Shown here: positions 37,256-49,926 of the stretch, one piece after another
How the letters are laid out: every line of letters starts with the position of its first letter
Numbering within the stretch: the stretch's first letter is position 1
Source of the DNA: Protoeuglena noctilucae
Taxonomy: Eukaryota
Reading direction: 5' to 3'
Length of the DNA stretch: 64,000 nt
Assembly: GCA_958009085.1 (NCBI GenBank)
Contig: OY253677.1
Coordinates: 806,001 to 870,000, forward strand
Translations under genes and position numbers: made by a program
Notes under the pieces: generated by a model
The model's database searches: none
What the model saw: only the letters and a program-made list of their open reading frames with translations
What the model was told of the DNA's origin: nothing

Positions 37256-40200
37256 TCAATCGGCAGTGTGGCTGTGATTGTACTTGTGAAAGATAGCCCC
37301 AGTCAAACTCTGACAGCGACATGGGTGACACCGACATGCGCATATGACTGGGTCCCCCACCACCCGCACTGCCACGCACCGCACGCCAGCCGCCTGCGCC
37401 AGGAGGGCCCCCGCCGCCGCCAGCGCCACCGACTGCGCCGCCCGCGCCACCCAGCCACGCCGCCTGCGCCCCGCCGTCGCCGTCGCCGCCGCCCCAACCG
37501 TGCCGCCCTCCCGCTCCGCATGCCCAGCCGCCCCCCGCCCCTCTCCCACAGCCTTATCCGCAACACCGCTCCCCACGCCACTCTTCGTAACACCGCCACT
37601 GTCACACGCACGCCCCGCGCCGCTCTTGACACCACCCCTAACGTCGCCCACCAGCGCTGCCCCACCCATCGCCTGCGCGAGCCCCCTCACCACCTCATCT
37701 CTGGCAGAGCTGCTTTCCTTGGCCTTCCTCGGCGTCGCGATGCCGAGGGCGTGCTTGAGGGCTCTGCCCAGGAGGGGGGAGGAGAGGGGCGGGAAGGGCA
37801 AGGGGTGGGGGTGAGCAGCGATAGGGCCGGTGCGCGCGACACGCTTCCCGCCACCGTTGGCCTGGCCGGGGGTGGCGCTGACGGGGCTGGCGGCGTCAGG
37901 ATCGGCGTCTTCGACATCGGCGCTCGGGTGGCTGGGCTTGACCGGGGTGACGTGGATGTGGCTGAGGGAGTGGGAGCTGAGCTGGCGGTGGGGGGCGACG
38001 GGGGAGGGGGGGGCGGTGGGGAGGACGTGGGGGAGGGGCTGCGGGGGAGGGGGAGGGTGAGGGAGGGTGTAAGGGACTGGGTGGGGGTGGAGAGTGTGGG
38101 AATGGGGTGGGTGGCGATCGGTGCGTACGTGTCTGATGGTCTTGAACTCACACGGCTCGTGACAACAGCCGGCATGCGCCTACCTGTCAATGCACGTCCA
38201 CTGAGCAATCCCCACACCACACACCCATCCACACTCGCCATCACATCCATGCACGTCCCATGCTAACCCCACACCCCACACCCCCCCCCTCACTCACCCG
38301 GCTCGTGAGCGCCTCCGCCGCGTCTCCGTCCGCATCCCCCACTTCGACCGCAAGGCCGCCCCTCCCTGCATTCGAGACCTTGCCAGACACTGTGCTCTTG
38401 TCAGAAACCTTGCCAGAAACCATGCCGGCCTCCTTGGGGCCATTCACCGTCACGGCTGCCTCCAGTGCCACCACGCGGGCGCGGAGGTCCGAGGCCAGCT
38501 GGGCCGAGGCCTGGGGGAGTGGAGATGAACAGAGGATAGAAGGCGGGAGTGGGGGTGGTGAGGGTGGGAGGGACTGAGCTGGGCTAGAGTGGGTGTGTGT
38601 GTATGGGTGAGGCAGTGCCGTGTCAGCCCACCACATGCCCTCATGCCACCCACCCTCACCTCCGCCCTCGTCAGCCGCTCCACCACCTCCGTTTAATCCG
38701 CCTCCGCCACCCCCGCCCGCCCCTCCGCGCCCAGTCCCTTACCACCCGGCAGCGTGGCACTGGGAGCGCCTGCTGACCCGTAACGCGGCCCGGGCGACGC
38801 TGATGCCGATACCGACAAGCCTGATGCGTTATTGGCAGACACGTGCGATGCAGTCGTCGATAACAGCGCTGCGTTGACATTGGCCGCGATCATAGTCGAT
38901 GGCAGTGTTGCCTTGGTCATGGTCGCCTGGGGCGACGTCTGCGATGACGAGGCGGCCGTCACGCGCGCCCGCAGCCACGCCACCTCCCCCGCCGTGCGGT
39001 CGCCGAAGGACTGGGGGAAATGGGAGATGAAGACATCAGTAGTTAATGCCCCTTGACAACGACCTGGGGTGGTTGGTAAGGATGTGACCACCACCCGCAC
39101 CCCACCCCACAGCTCCCGTCCCTTCACACCCCTCACAACAACCATGTCGCATTTCACACCCACCCATCCATTCCCATACCATCCCAAACTGACCTTGGCG
39201 TGCCGCAGCGCCTCCACGCGCCCCCTCAGCTCCCGCACGTGCGCCATGGCCGCATCCCACGCCGCACGGGCAGCGGTGGAGTTGGGGGAATTCGAATTCG
39301 AGTTGGGGATTTGAATTTGAACGAGGCGCTTTCAGGGCCGCGGACGAGGGGGGGCTGACGGCGACGGAGCTGCGGGGAGGGGTGGGGTGGGGTGGGCGAT
39401 GGGTGAAACGTGGAATGTGGTGTGATTTAAAGATGAAATTTGCGCCCACCGGCATGGCATGACATGGAGTGGCATTGTACAACGCGTCCCATCCGCATGG
39501 TTTGCCACCCATCACTTATCCTCCCCCCTCACCCGTCCCTCTCGGCCCTCTCCCGCGCCCTTTCCGCCGCCACCTCTGCGTCCCTCAGCTGACGCACGCG
39601 GGCCGCGAAGCACCTGGGGGGGACAGACAAGGGATATGAAATTCAAAAATACAGAATTTGAATATTTCACAGGCTCCCTGGGCACTTGACACAGACACGA
39701 TGCGCAAAGGGCCCTACCCTCACTTGCCTCAGTAGCAGCCCAAGTGCCAATCCTAACCCACACAACTGAACCTGTGTCAACCTACTCATACTTCCCAAGT
39801 GTGTACTTTCCCCACCACCGCCACCACTCACCTCTCCACTTCCTCCCGGTCCCTTCCCCCCCCCTCCCACGCCTCGGCCAGCGCCAGGATGCGCCGCCCC
39901 AGCTGCGCACGCGCCGACCGCCCCGCCCGACGTTCCTCCTCCAGCAACGCGCGAAGCTTAACCACCTCGTCGGTGGCAGGCGCAGGGTTGCCGTTGGCAG
40001 TGACGGCATTGGCAGTCGCGACACTCGCGGTGATGTCGTTGGCAGTGGCAGCAGTGGCAGCCACGCCATGGGCAGTCGCGTCATTGGCAGTGACACCAGC
40101 CGGGCCGCCGTTGTCCGCAACAGCACCACCACCCACCGCCGCCGCCCCTGCACCGACCGTCACAGCTGCACCGCCATCACCGCCGTGCTTGGCGGGCGCA

Positions 40201-43200
40201 TCGCTCACAGCCACACCAACGCCGTCCATGCCGCCATCGGCCTCCACCACTCCCTGCAGCGCGTTTCCCTTACCCTCAACCCCCATCTCCGCCCTCCCTC
40301 GCTCCTCCCTCTCCCTCTCCACCCCCGCCCGCACCGCCTCCCTCGCCGCCACCGCAGCGTCCCTTTCACTCTCTGCCTCAGCCACCCTCCCCACCGCAGC
40401 ATCCCTCTCGCTCTCTGCCACCACCGCCCTCTCCACCGCACCGTCCCTCTCGCTCTCCACCAATGCCACCCTGTCAACTGCCGCGTCCCTCTCACTCTCC
40501 GCCGCCCTCACTGCCTCCCGCATTGCCGCCACCTCCGCCCTCGCCTCCCCCAGCTCACCCCGCAGACGCGCCACCGTCGCCTCCGCCACCGCCAAACGAC
40601 GCCGCGCCTGGGGAAACAGACAGGGGGGCAATGTTATCAGGGGAGTGCTCATTACCAGTGTTAAAACCAGCGACCACCCCACCATCCGTCAATGATGATC
40701 CCCACAGCCCTTTGCACCTCCCCTCACAATACACCACCCCAACACCATCACCCCCCATTCACCTCCTCCACCTCCCCCCTGGCAACCTCCACCGCCCTCG
40801 CCATCTCCCCTGACCACAACCACCCCGCCCCAACACCATCACCCACGACCCACACTCCCCTCACCTCCTCCACCTCCCCCCTCGCCACCTCCACCGCCCT
40901 CTGCATCTCCTCCCGCCCCTCCGCCGCCCTCGCCGCCGCCTCCGCCACCCTCGACATCTCAATTTCCATCTCTCGCTTAGCTGCTATGGCTGCCTCCGCT
41001 TGCTTCAGTAGCTCTGCCATTTGGGCTCTCTGGGCAGCCACGGCGGCCTCTGCCTGGGCCCTCAGGTCAGCGACTGCCGACTGGGGGGGTGGGGAGAGGG
41101 GAGGTGTGAGATGAGGGGTGGGGAGATTGGTGGGTGTGTGACGACGGGTGGGGAAGGAAGATGAGGGGCAGGGATTGAGGCCAAGCGGGGTGATGAGGGG
41201 AGCACGGAGGTAACAGAATAGAGAGGGATGTCGGTGAGGGTCGACGACGCGTCTCACATGGCACCTGCCACAATCATCTCCACTCATGCATACACACCCC
41301 ACCGCCCCTCAACCGCACCCCACCCCCCACCCACCTGCCGCCCCTCCACCTCCCCCAGCCTCAATGCCAACGCGTCCCTCTCCCTCTCGGCCCCCTCCGC
41401 CCTCTCCCGCTCCCTCTCCGCCCCCTCCCTCGCCTCCACCACCGCCCTCTCCGCCACCTCCGCCCTCTCCCGCTCTCTCTGTGCTTGCCCCCTCGCTGCC
41501 TCAGCTTCCAATGCAAGCGCGCCCGCCCTCGCCTCTGCCGCCCCCACGTCTGACTGCAGCTGAGTCAGGCGGGACTGGCACGACGCCAGTTCTGAAGACA
41601 GGGAGCGGCGCTCGGCCAGGCTGGCGGCCATCTGGGGGGGGAATATGGTAGGCGGTGGGGGTGGTTGGCGGAGGTGCGTGCGGGGGTGTGAGTGTGATGG
41701 CATCACCCATCACCCATCTACCACATGACATCCAACATCCACATTGATTACAATATCTATCTCATACAATCACCTCCCCCTTCCCCCTTATTACCTGCTC
41801 TTCTAACTCCCTCTGCATCTCCCCCAGCTGCCGCTCCAGCTCCCTGGCCCGCCCCACCCCCATCGCCACGTCCCGCCCCGCCCCCTCCCTCTCCGCCGCA
41901 ACCTCCGCAAGCAGAGACTCCATGCGAGCCGCCTGCGCCTCGCGCTCCGCCAGGCGGGCAGCCAGCAGCGCGCGGGACTGCGGGGGGGGGAGGGGGTGGT
42001 GGGGGTGCTGTTGGGTAGCGATGGTGTGGTGGGTGGCAGTGGGTAGCACAGCGTGTGGGGTGCGGTCGAGGCCAGCAGTGGCAGTCATGGCGTTGCTAAC
42101 AGTCGAGTAGCAGTCGAGCTGCGCTGGGCGGTGCAATCAATTGCTAGCGGTGGTGCCCATGACATGACCTTCGCCCCGACCCCACCCACCCCACGCCATC
42201 ACCCCCTCACCTCCGCCGCCCTCCCCGCCTCCTCCACCAGCTCCCGCGCCCTCCGCCCCGCCTCCGCCGCCCTCGCCGCCGCCGCCGCCACCTCGGCCCT
42301 CGCCGCCCCCTCCGCCGCCCTCGCCGCCACTGCCTCCGCCTCCGCCCTCGCCGCCCGCCCCGCCGCCGCCTCCGCCGCCCTCGCGGCCTCCGCCGCGCGC
42401 ATTTCCGCGTCCCCCGCGCGCACCCGCTCCGATTCCATCTCCGCCCTCAGCCCCGCGGCCCGCTCCTCGGCCCCCAGCAGCTCCGCCTCAAGTGCCTCCA
42501 CCCGCCGCCGCCCCTCCCCCGCCGCCCGCTCCGCCCCCTCAGCCCTCGCCCGCGCCTCCGCCAGATTCGACTCGAGACTCGCCGCCCGCTCCGCCGCCTC
42601 CGCCGCCGCCCCCTCCGCCCCCGCCAGCGCCTCCAACAAACGACGCGCCTCGGACTCTGCGACAGTGGGAGGTGGAGCACGGTGGATGTGAAACGTGATG
42701 CGAAATAGTGGGAACGCAGCATGTAAGTGACAATAGCACCAATACTACCGCTAAACGACGGTATCCATGCCACCGACTCTCGCCGCCATCCACTCCCTCA
42801 TCCCCACCCCGCACATAACCCCTCACTGTTCCTAGCAACCCCCCCCACCCCCACCCCTGCTCACCCGCCTCCCGCAGCCTCGCCTCCCACGCCCCCCCCT
42901 CGGCCCTCGCCCGCCCCTCCGCCGCTTCCAGAGCCTCCTGCAGCGACTCTGCCCGGAACACCGCCTCCTCCGCCACCCCCCGCAGCGCCTCGGCGTCCCT
43001 CGCGCCGCCCTCCGCCTCCGCCAGCGCTCGCCGCAGCGCCGCCACCTCCGCCGCCGCCCCTTCCGCCGCCGCCGCCGCACCTCTTTCCGCCTCCGCCAGC
43101 CGCCCCGCCAGCGCCGCCCCTTCTGCAGTCGCCGCGTCCGCCCTCGCCCGCTCCCTCGCCACCTCCGCCTCCACCTCCGCCAGCCGCCCCCGCACCCCCT

Positions 43201-44511
43201 CCAGCGCCGCTGACGCCCCCCGCATCTGCTCCAGCACCGCTGCATTCTCTCGCTCGTACTCCCCCAGCGCTGCCCTCATCTCCTCCGCGGTGGCCTGTGC
43301 CTCGGCCAGCTTGCGCTCGAACCCCGCGGCCCGGGCTGCGTTGGCAGACACCTGGGCGGAGAGGGACTCGACCTCGCGGCGGGCCTCTGTGGTGGGGGGG
43401 GGAGAGGGAGGGAGGGTGGGTGGGGGGGGGGGGAGAAGTGTGGAGTGACTGTGGAGTGGCCAGTGAGTGAGTGAATCATCCCCAGCTTCGCTCTCCCATC
43501 CCCAGCTTTCTTTCCCACTTACCAGCAACCCATTCACCCCATCCCCGCCCCTCACCTCCCAGCCGCACCTTCAGTGCAACCACCCTCCAAAATCACTCCC
43601 CCACCCCTCACCTCCCAGCCGCGCCTTCATCGCCGCCACCCACCCCCCACTCACTTCCCAACCCTCCCAACAACCCCATTCACCCCCAATTACCCCTCAC
43701 CTCCCAGCCGCGCCTTCATCGCCGCCACCTCCCCCCTCGCCGCGTCCCTCTCCGCCCTCAGCGCCTCCGCCTGGGCAGGGGCCACCCACCCGGCCCTGCG
43801 AGAGCCCCAGGCGCCTTTTGGGGCGTCCTCCGCGGCCTGGGGAGAGGCAGGCGATGGGGATGGTCGATGTGTTTTGACAGGTGGAAGCATGTGTTATTAC
43901 TAGCTGATCCGTGGAGTGGTCAATTGAAAGCTGAGCATTGTGCAGTACTTGGAAGACTTGTCGATGGAAAAGACACAAGCAGTCGACCGAAAGCCGGCCA
44001 GTGCAATCACAGTAGTACAAAGTAGCCTGCGCCCATCACCACCTCCCTTTGAACATTGAACATCAGACATCGACTCGCCTGCAGCCTCGCGTCCATGTCC
44101 TCCGCCTCCTCCCACAGACGCGCCACCTCCGCCGCCCTCGCCTCCGCCAGCTCCCTCGCCTCCTGCACCTGGGCCTGCAGGTCCGCAACGCGGGCGCGTA
44201 ACGCATCGCGCTCCTCCTGACTGGCGCGGTCGTCGTCCTCGGATGCCTGAGGTAATTGGGGCGGGATTTGAATATCAACACTACCAGAGCTGATCGCTTT
44301 TGCATTGGAGTCCGCTCTGGGTGAGGCACCCAGAATGCAACCGATGAGCAGCGGCGGGTGTCGTGGGGAGCCCTGGTGGTACGTCAATCCGTGTGCTTGT
44401 CTTGAAAAGCACAGGCTGGCGAGAGTCATGGATTGGTTCGACGATACCAGGGAGGCAATTTGCACTGCTCGCGGCGCGCGTTGTCACCGGGGGGAGGGGC
44501 TGGAGGGACAT
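37256..44511 (-). CDS. Very long Ala/Glu/Arg-rich coiled-coil protein with C-terminal hydrophobic segment, ~12 exons, in-frame TAA
   Basis: Successive heptad-rich exons with matching splice phases (e.g. 44246-44079, 43387-42864, 40607-39831); C-terminal AAQSVALAAAGALLAQA; ends uncertain. Confidence 0.7.
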
Positions 44512-45280
44512 GCGGAGGAGGGAGCGAGAGCGGAGCGTGGGCCCGGCGCCTGCCTCCGCCTTGCCCCGGGAACGGCCCCGGGCGATGGGGCTGTTCGGGT
44601 CCAGCCATGCGAGAGGCCCGCTCGTCCCGCTCGCCGACTGGCGCAGCGACCTGCGGGCACGAAGACGCAGCGACGTCAAGGTGCCATGCGCGCGCAGCGC
44701 TGCGGTTCAACGATCCCGGGAGGAGCGCGGCGTGACGTCGAGACGACAGAGCGTCAGGCGCGGCGCTCGCTCGATCCGCTCGCAATCCCGCGGGGCCGGG
44801 AAGGAGCAACGTCGTGAGCAACGGGGCTGGCCCCGAGCGCGCAATTCAGGCGTCGGTTTCCCGGATGCGCAGAGCCGTAGATCCGACTTGACAAGGAACA
44901 TCACGGAGCGGGCAGGTTGGGCGACCCGGAGTCCACGGGCTCGCGGGGAGCGCACCTGCCAGCCTCGGGTGACATCGGGGCGTCGCGGCCCCACATCGCG
45001 ATACTTGCGGGGACGATCACAGGCCGGTGGCGAGCTACGGAATGCGCGAGGCGGGGAGCGCGCGCGGGGCGATGGAAGGCGATCGCATCGCGCCGGTCGG
45101 GTGGTCAGAACACACTCTGACAGCTCGCGGACGCTTTCAAAACCCATGAGGGCTGAGGGCGATGGAGATGCATCGTTGAGTAACGTTGCTCATTCCGCAT
45201 TCGAGCAGATTGCCGAACCGTCCAATGTCCACCCAAGAGCCACGCGGACAAGGCTCGCGCATTGCACAGGGCTTCAATCC

Positions 45281-45707
45281 CTACGCGGCCTTGGCATCAA
45301 ACCCGAGATTCTCGATCTCGCGCACAAGCTTCTGGACGGTCTCCTTGGCCCCGGATCCTGCGGCCAGGGGATGGAAAGTCATGCCCAGAAGACCTGCTCG
45401 CCGTCCCCGCTCGTCAGAGTGGCTTTTCAGAATACATACGGCTGCAGCACCGGCCCTCACCGTCCGCGCCCTTCAGATGCACCACGGCCTCGCCCTTTTC
45501 CAGCGACACCTCCGCCTTCTCCACCATCGGGGACTTGTCGAGCATTCCCTGCACGCGCGTGCTACACCCGCCGCACACCATGCCCTCCACCTTGATCTTT
45601 ACGGGGCCCGCGGCCCCCGCGGCGACCAGTCGTGCGCGCCGGGCCCGGACGCCCAGTGCCACGGCGTTCCCCGGCCATCGGGACACTCCTGTGCGGTGTG
45701 CGAGCAT
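45281..45707 (-). CDS. Heavy-metal-associated (HMA) copper chaperone, plastid-type, 2 exons
   Basis: Transit-like N-terminus, KIKVEGMVCGGCSTRV (MxCxxC), exon 2 GAKETVQKLVREIENLGFDAKAA then TAG 45281-45283. Confidence 0.9.
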
Positions 45708-46156
45708 TGCTTCCTCGACTAGCGCGTCCACCTCTACAGGAGCCACGGTGGCGGCAGCGAGGAGCCACAGTCGCGGAGAAAGGATCGGGCGAAGGCAGCG
45801 ATTCCTGGGACTCTTAAGCGCGATCCCTGGCGGGCCTCACCTGCCGATGCCGCTGCCTGGAACATGCTTGTTTGTAGGTGGACGATTTGCGCCTCGGGCT
45901 GTCCACGTGGGCTGGCTGACGAGGACAAAAAGAACGGGTTTTTTGACGCACTGTTCACGCGCAGAGAATTCGAGCTGTCTGCCGCGTAAAGCGCATCGCA
46001 GACAGGACGTTTAAACGACCATAACCCTGTTGAGTCCAATTAAAAGCATGAAATAGCTCACTGACGAATCACGCACCAGCGCCAGTTTCGGACACCTGAG
46101 ACGTGCAGCCCAAGTACTACACCTCGCCATCTATCGACCATCCCCAACGGCAGGCA

Positions 46157-48377
46157 CTAGCTACCCCCCATCGCTGGCCAGCTCAGCCGAGGAGAGGGCG
46201 CTCCCTCCCACTCCGACAGCCTCGGCCCCAAGCCCAGCTCACTCCCGTCCTCGCCCTCTCCTCCCACCACCGCCCCCTCCCTCCTGCAAAAGGCAACGCA
46301 CGCACAGCGATGCTGCACCACAGTCCAAACACACACACACACACACACACACACATACGCCGTCATGTCTATACAAGCATCAGTCACGTCTGTACTTGTG
46401 CCACCGCACCTGTCGTCGCCACCCCCGCCGCTGTGCATGTCCCTCCGCAAGCTCGGCCCCTCGGCGTTCTCTGACAGACTCGGCCCGCCCACGCGCGCTC
46501 CCGACACCTCGTGGGCCTCCTCAAAGCCCACGCCCTGGGTCAGACCCATCGGTGGCGATGTCGATGTCAGGGGTGGGCTCCGCCCAAGACCGCCAAACGA
46601 CGTTGCTTTCGAAGCTTGCTGTGCATGGGCACCCACGATGTGGACAGGGCCCTGGTGACCGGACGCCGGGTGCGGGGCAGGGCGGTGGGCTTGGGATGAT
46701 GGGGAGGTGGGCGAGGCATGGGCGTGGTTGTGTGGTTGGGGCTGGCGGGTGTCGGTGGAAGGGAGCGGCCCCGTGGGGGAAACGGGGCTGCCGGGGTTGC
46801 TGCCCGGGTTGCTGCCGGGAGAGAAAGACGAGGCGCTGAGCTCCATATCTGAGGGAAAGGGAAGGGGGAGTTGCGGTGGGTACACCACCATTGTAGCAGC
46901 TAGGGGCGATGGAGAGGCGGGTGTGGCGGGCGGAGAGGCGGTGGTTGGGTGGCTGGCAGGTCGAGATATCAGCCAGCACAACACTCAACAGTCATCGCTC
47001 ACCCTGCAGCGACCCGTGGTGGGGGAGGCCCAAGGGCTCGATTCTCCCAAACTCCTCCACCGGGGCTGAAGCGCGGGGTCCCACGGGGCCATGCACGCGG
47101 CCCCGGTCGGGTGACCCGTTGCGCATCGTGGTCTCGGCTTTGGTAGAATCCGCGGAGCTGTCGCGAGGGCTGGATTTGGCAGACAAGCGGGGCGGGGGGT
47201 GGCGTGGGGCGCCGTGGGTGGATGACAGGCCGTGAATTGGGGGCACGATGTCGGCGCCACGGGGGTACTCGTGGACTGCAGCGGGTGAGGAGACGGCTTG
47301 TGTGAGACTCTGGGCTTGATTGAGAGGTGGAAGGGGGCATAGTGCGATGGGTGCGGCCAGGCTCACTCTCGCTGGGGGATGGGGCGCCAGTCGCTGCAGT
47401 AATCAGTGCCGGGCGGGGCATCAGCACATCGCCACGAACGCTGCCGCTCTGGAGGCTGCCGGTGCTGCGGGCATCGGGGAGGGGATTGCGATGTCGACTG
47501 ATCGACGGGCAGTGACGGGTCCAGCTGCCTGATGGCGCACATCCATCGCTGCACGCGGGAAGCAAGAGCATTTTCACCAGGTGCAATCATGCACGCACCT
47601 GTGCCCCGAATGGCGCGGGTGGCGCAAGCTCGCGCGGTCGAGGGCCGCCTCCACCGACGCGGCGTGCCGAAGCTCGCGACTCACGGCGCGTGAGGGGCTG
47701 GGTTGGGCCGAGAGACCTGCACAACACAAACAAAGGCACCGTGTGGAAATGCACCGTGTGGGGCAGCTGGGCAGCGCAGGGGGGTTCCGCGCGCAGCTCC
47801 GCACATCGCACCTGCTAGGGCAACGCGCCCAGCCGCGGAATCCCCCGCGTCTTTTTCCTGTAGGAAAGCGCGCTTGTAATCGTCATTCACGTCGCAATGC
47901 ACAACAGCGATTCCGTGCAGCGGCATCGTGGGCAAGGCTGCAACAAACAATTGCTGTCCCCCGCACCTGGTCCATCCTCGCGTATCCGCGCCATATGCCG
48001 CTCCATAACAGGACGACATCTTTCCTGTGCTCCAAATACGCCAGCAGCTGCGTGCGGTCAGCGAATGAGGATCAGGTGGAGCCAGGCGGAGCGTGGCAAG
48101 TCATTCGCCAAGCCAGGCAACGTCTCACCGCCACGACGCATGGAACCAGGACCAGCAGGATAAAGAATATGATGCCCAAGACGCCCCAGAATATCTCGGA
48201 GGTGCGATTGGAGCTGGAGCTGGAGCTGGCGAGGCTCCGGCCCAGCGCTGACAGTTCGCAACCGCCAGGCACAATCCGCATGGCGAGCGGCGGAGTCTTG
48301 GGCGAGGAAGCCACGGTTTTGGCAAAACCTAAACCCAGAGCTAGCAAGAAGCCTGCGAAGTGCAGCCAGGAGGTCAT
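46157..48377 (-). CDS. Hypothetical single-pass membrane protein with Pro/Ser-rich tail (model uncertain)
   Basis: Signal-like MTSWLHFAGFLLALGLG and TM IFWGVLGIIFFILLVLVPCVVA followed by GT donor; downstream exons plausible. Confidence 0.45.
46329..46355. repeat. (AC)n microsatellite
   Basis: About 13 AC units. Confidence 0.9.
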
Positions 48378-48617
48378 TCACCGAGCGTGTCGAGCGAGCG
48401 TCAGAGCAGCTGATGGGCGGAGAGCTTACTTGATAGTTGCGGACCCATCATTTGGCAAACCGTGATCTTAGTATGCATCCATTCTCAACGGTGACCGTCT
48501 CGGCGCACTGTAGCTCACGCCTTTGTCTGTGTTTCGTGTCCAGTGTTGCAAACTCCCGGGGAGCAGCGGCCGTGAGCATATTCCTGCCCTCGTGGGTGGC
48601 AGGCGGTCGTGGGCGGG

Positions 48618-49382
48618 ATGGCGGGGCGTAGTCACTACGACGTGATAACAGGCAAGTGCTCGCAAGTGCTCACGGCCCAATGTGCGGGCCAGGAGACCAT
48701 CGCAGGCCTCCCGCCTGCTCCCTCTGGCGCATCGACTCTCCAGCTGTCCATGTCTGCGCTTGCATCTGCGGGTTCCCACCTACGGGTTTCCGCGGGTGGC
48801 AACATGTTTGACCCCGGGAAGAAGCAACTCGCCCGCGACGCCTGCCCCCCGGCGCCTCGCAGGATCGACCCAGGGCCAGGCGGGTGCATCGACGCGGGGC
48901 GCGGAGGACCCGGGCATGCGTATGAGCACGATCCCGCTCGGGGACATCATGTCGGTGCAGCGGGAGTCGCACGTGCTCGCGGCGCACAGCAAGGAGCCCG
49001 CAATGTCCTATCGCTCCAACCAGCGCATGATGAGGGATCGACAGAAGCACGTCCGGCAGCGCTTGGACGCCCGGGACCTCTACACGCGGCCCGTGACCGA
49101 GTCACAGCGCATCGGGTGGTACCAGCAGGTCAACAGCCCGCAGAAGCCGCAGCACGGCAAGGTCGCCTGCAAAGAGACCAAGGTGATGCGCGGCATGCGC
49201 GGCGAGCTACTCATAGCACGCAGCATGAGTGGCCTGTGTGCTTGAAGTAAAGCGCGTGCCCTGTTGCTCCTCGCCCGCAGCTGATAGAGCACGCGATGCT
49301 GACCCAGGACATCAAGCCCGCGGCCACTCCGGCGCGGGTGCTCCTGGCGGGCATGGACCTTAAGCACAAGGGAAGCGCATGA
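48618..49382 (+). CDS. Small putative ciliary microtubule-inner-protein-like protein, 3 exons
   Basis: Exons 48618-48651 (GC donor), 48863-49182, 49281-49382; motif YTRPVTESQRIGW...HGKVACKETK resembles the P.T.SQ.IGW motif of FAM183/C20orf85-type ciliary proteins. Confidence 0.55.
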
Positions 49383-49926
49383 CCCGAGTCTGTGACGATG
49401 GGGGCGCACTGGGCGTCAATGCTGTACATCCTTGTCTTCTATCTGAGAATGATGGTTGGCATTCAAGCTTTCGTCGCTTCGTGCTTGAATCTGTCTACAC
49501 AAGCGCCCCTCGCGACAGCTCGGCGAGGGGAGAGGCCATGGCCAGCGAAAGCGCTGCACGTGCGCACAGCGTGAGAGCAAGCAACAGCAGAGCCGCTCTA
49601 AACCAGGAGGAGAACGAGAGGGGGCAGCAGCGCACGCGCGCCCGCGATCGCACTGTCCGCATTGGCGCCGTCAAGTCAGCACTCAGCACGCAGCAGCAAA
49701 GGGTCCCGAAGAGCCACCCAACAACGAACGACGGTGGCAGCGCGCGACTCGGGTCAAAGGAGGACACGTCGCCTGACACCCACGCAACTCATACCCAAGT
49801 CCCACCCCCAACGCGCAATGGGCGGCCAGCCAGCCAGTCACCACCCCCGCCATCTGCCAATCCCTCTGCCCATCCCCAGGCAGAGGCTGGCGCCCGTCCC
49901 CATGGTGATTGTAACGCAGTGCATCG

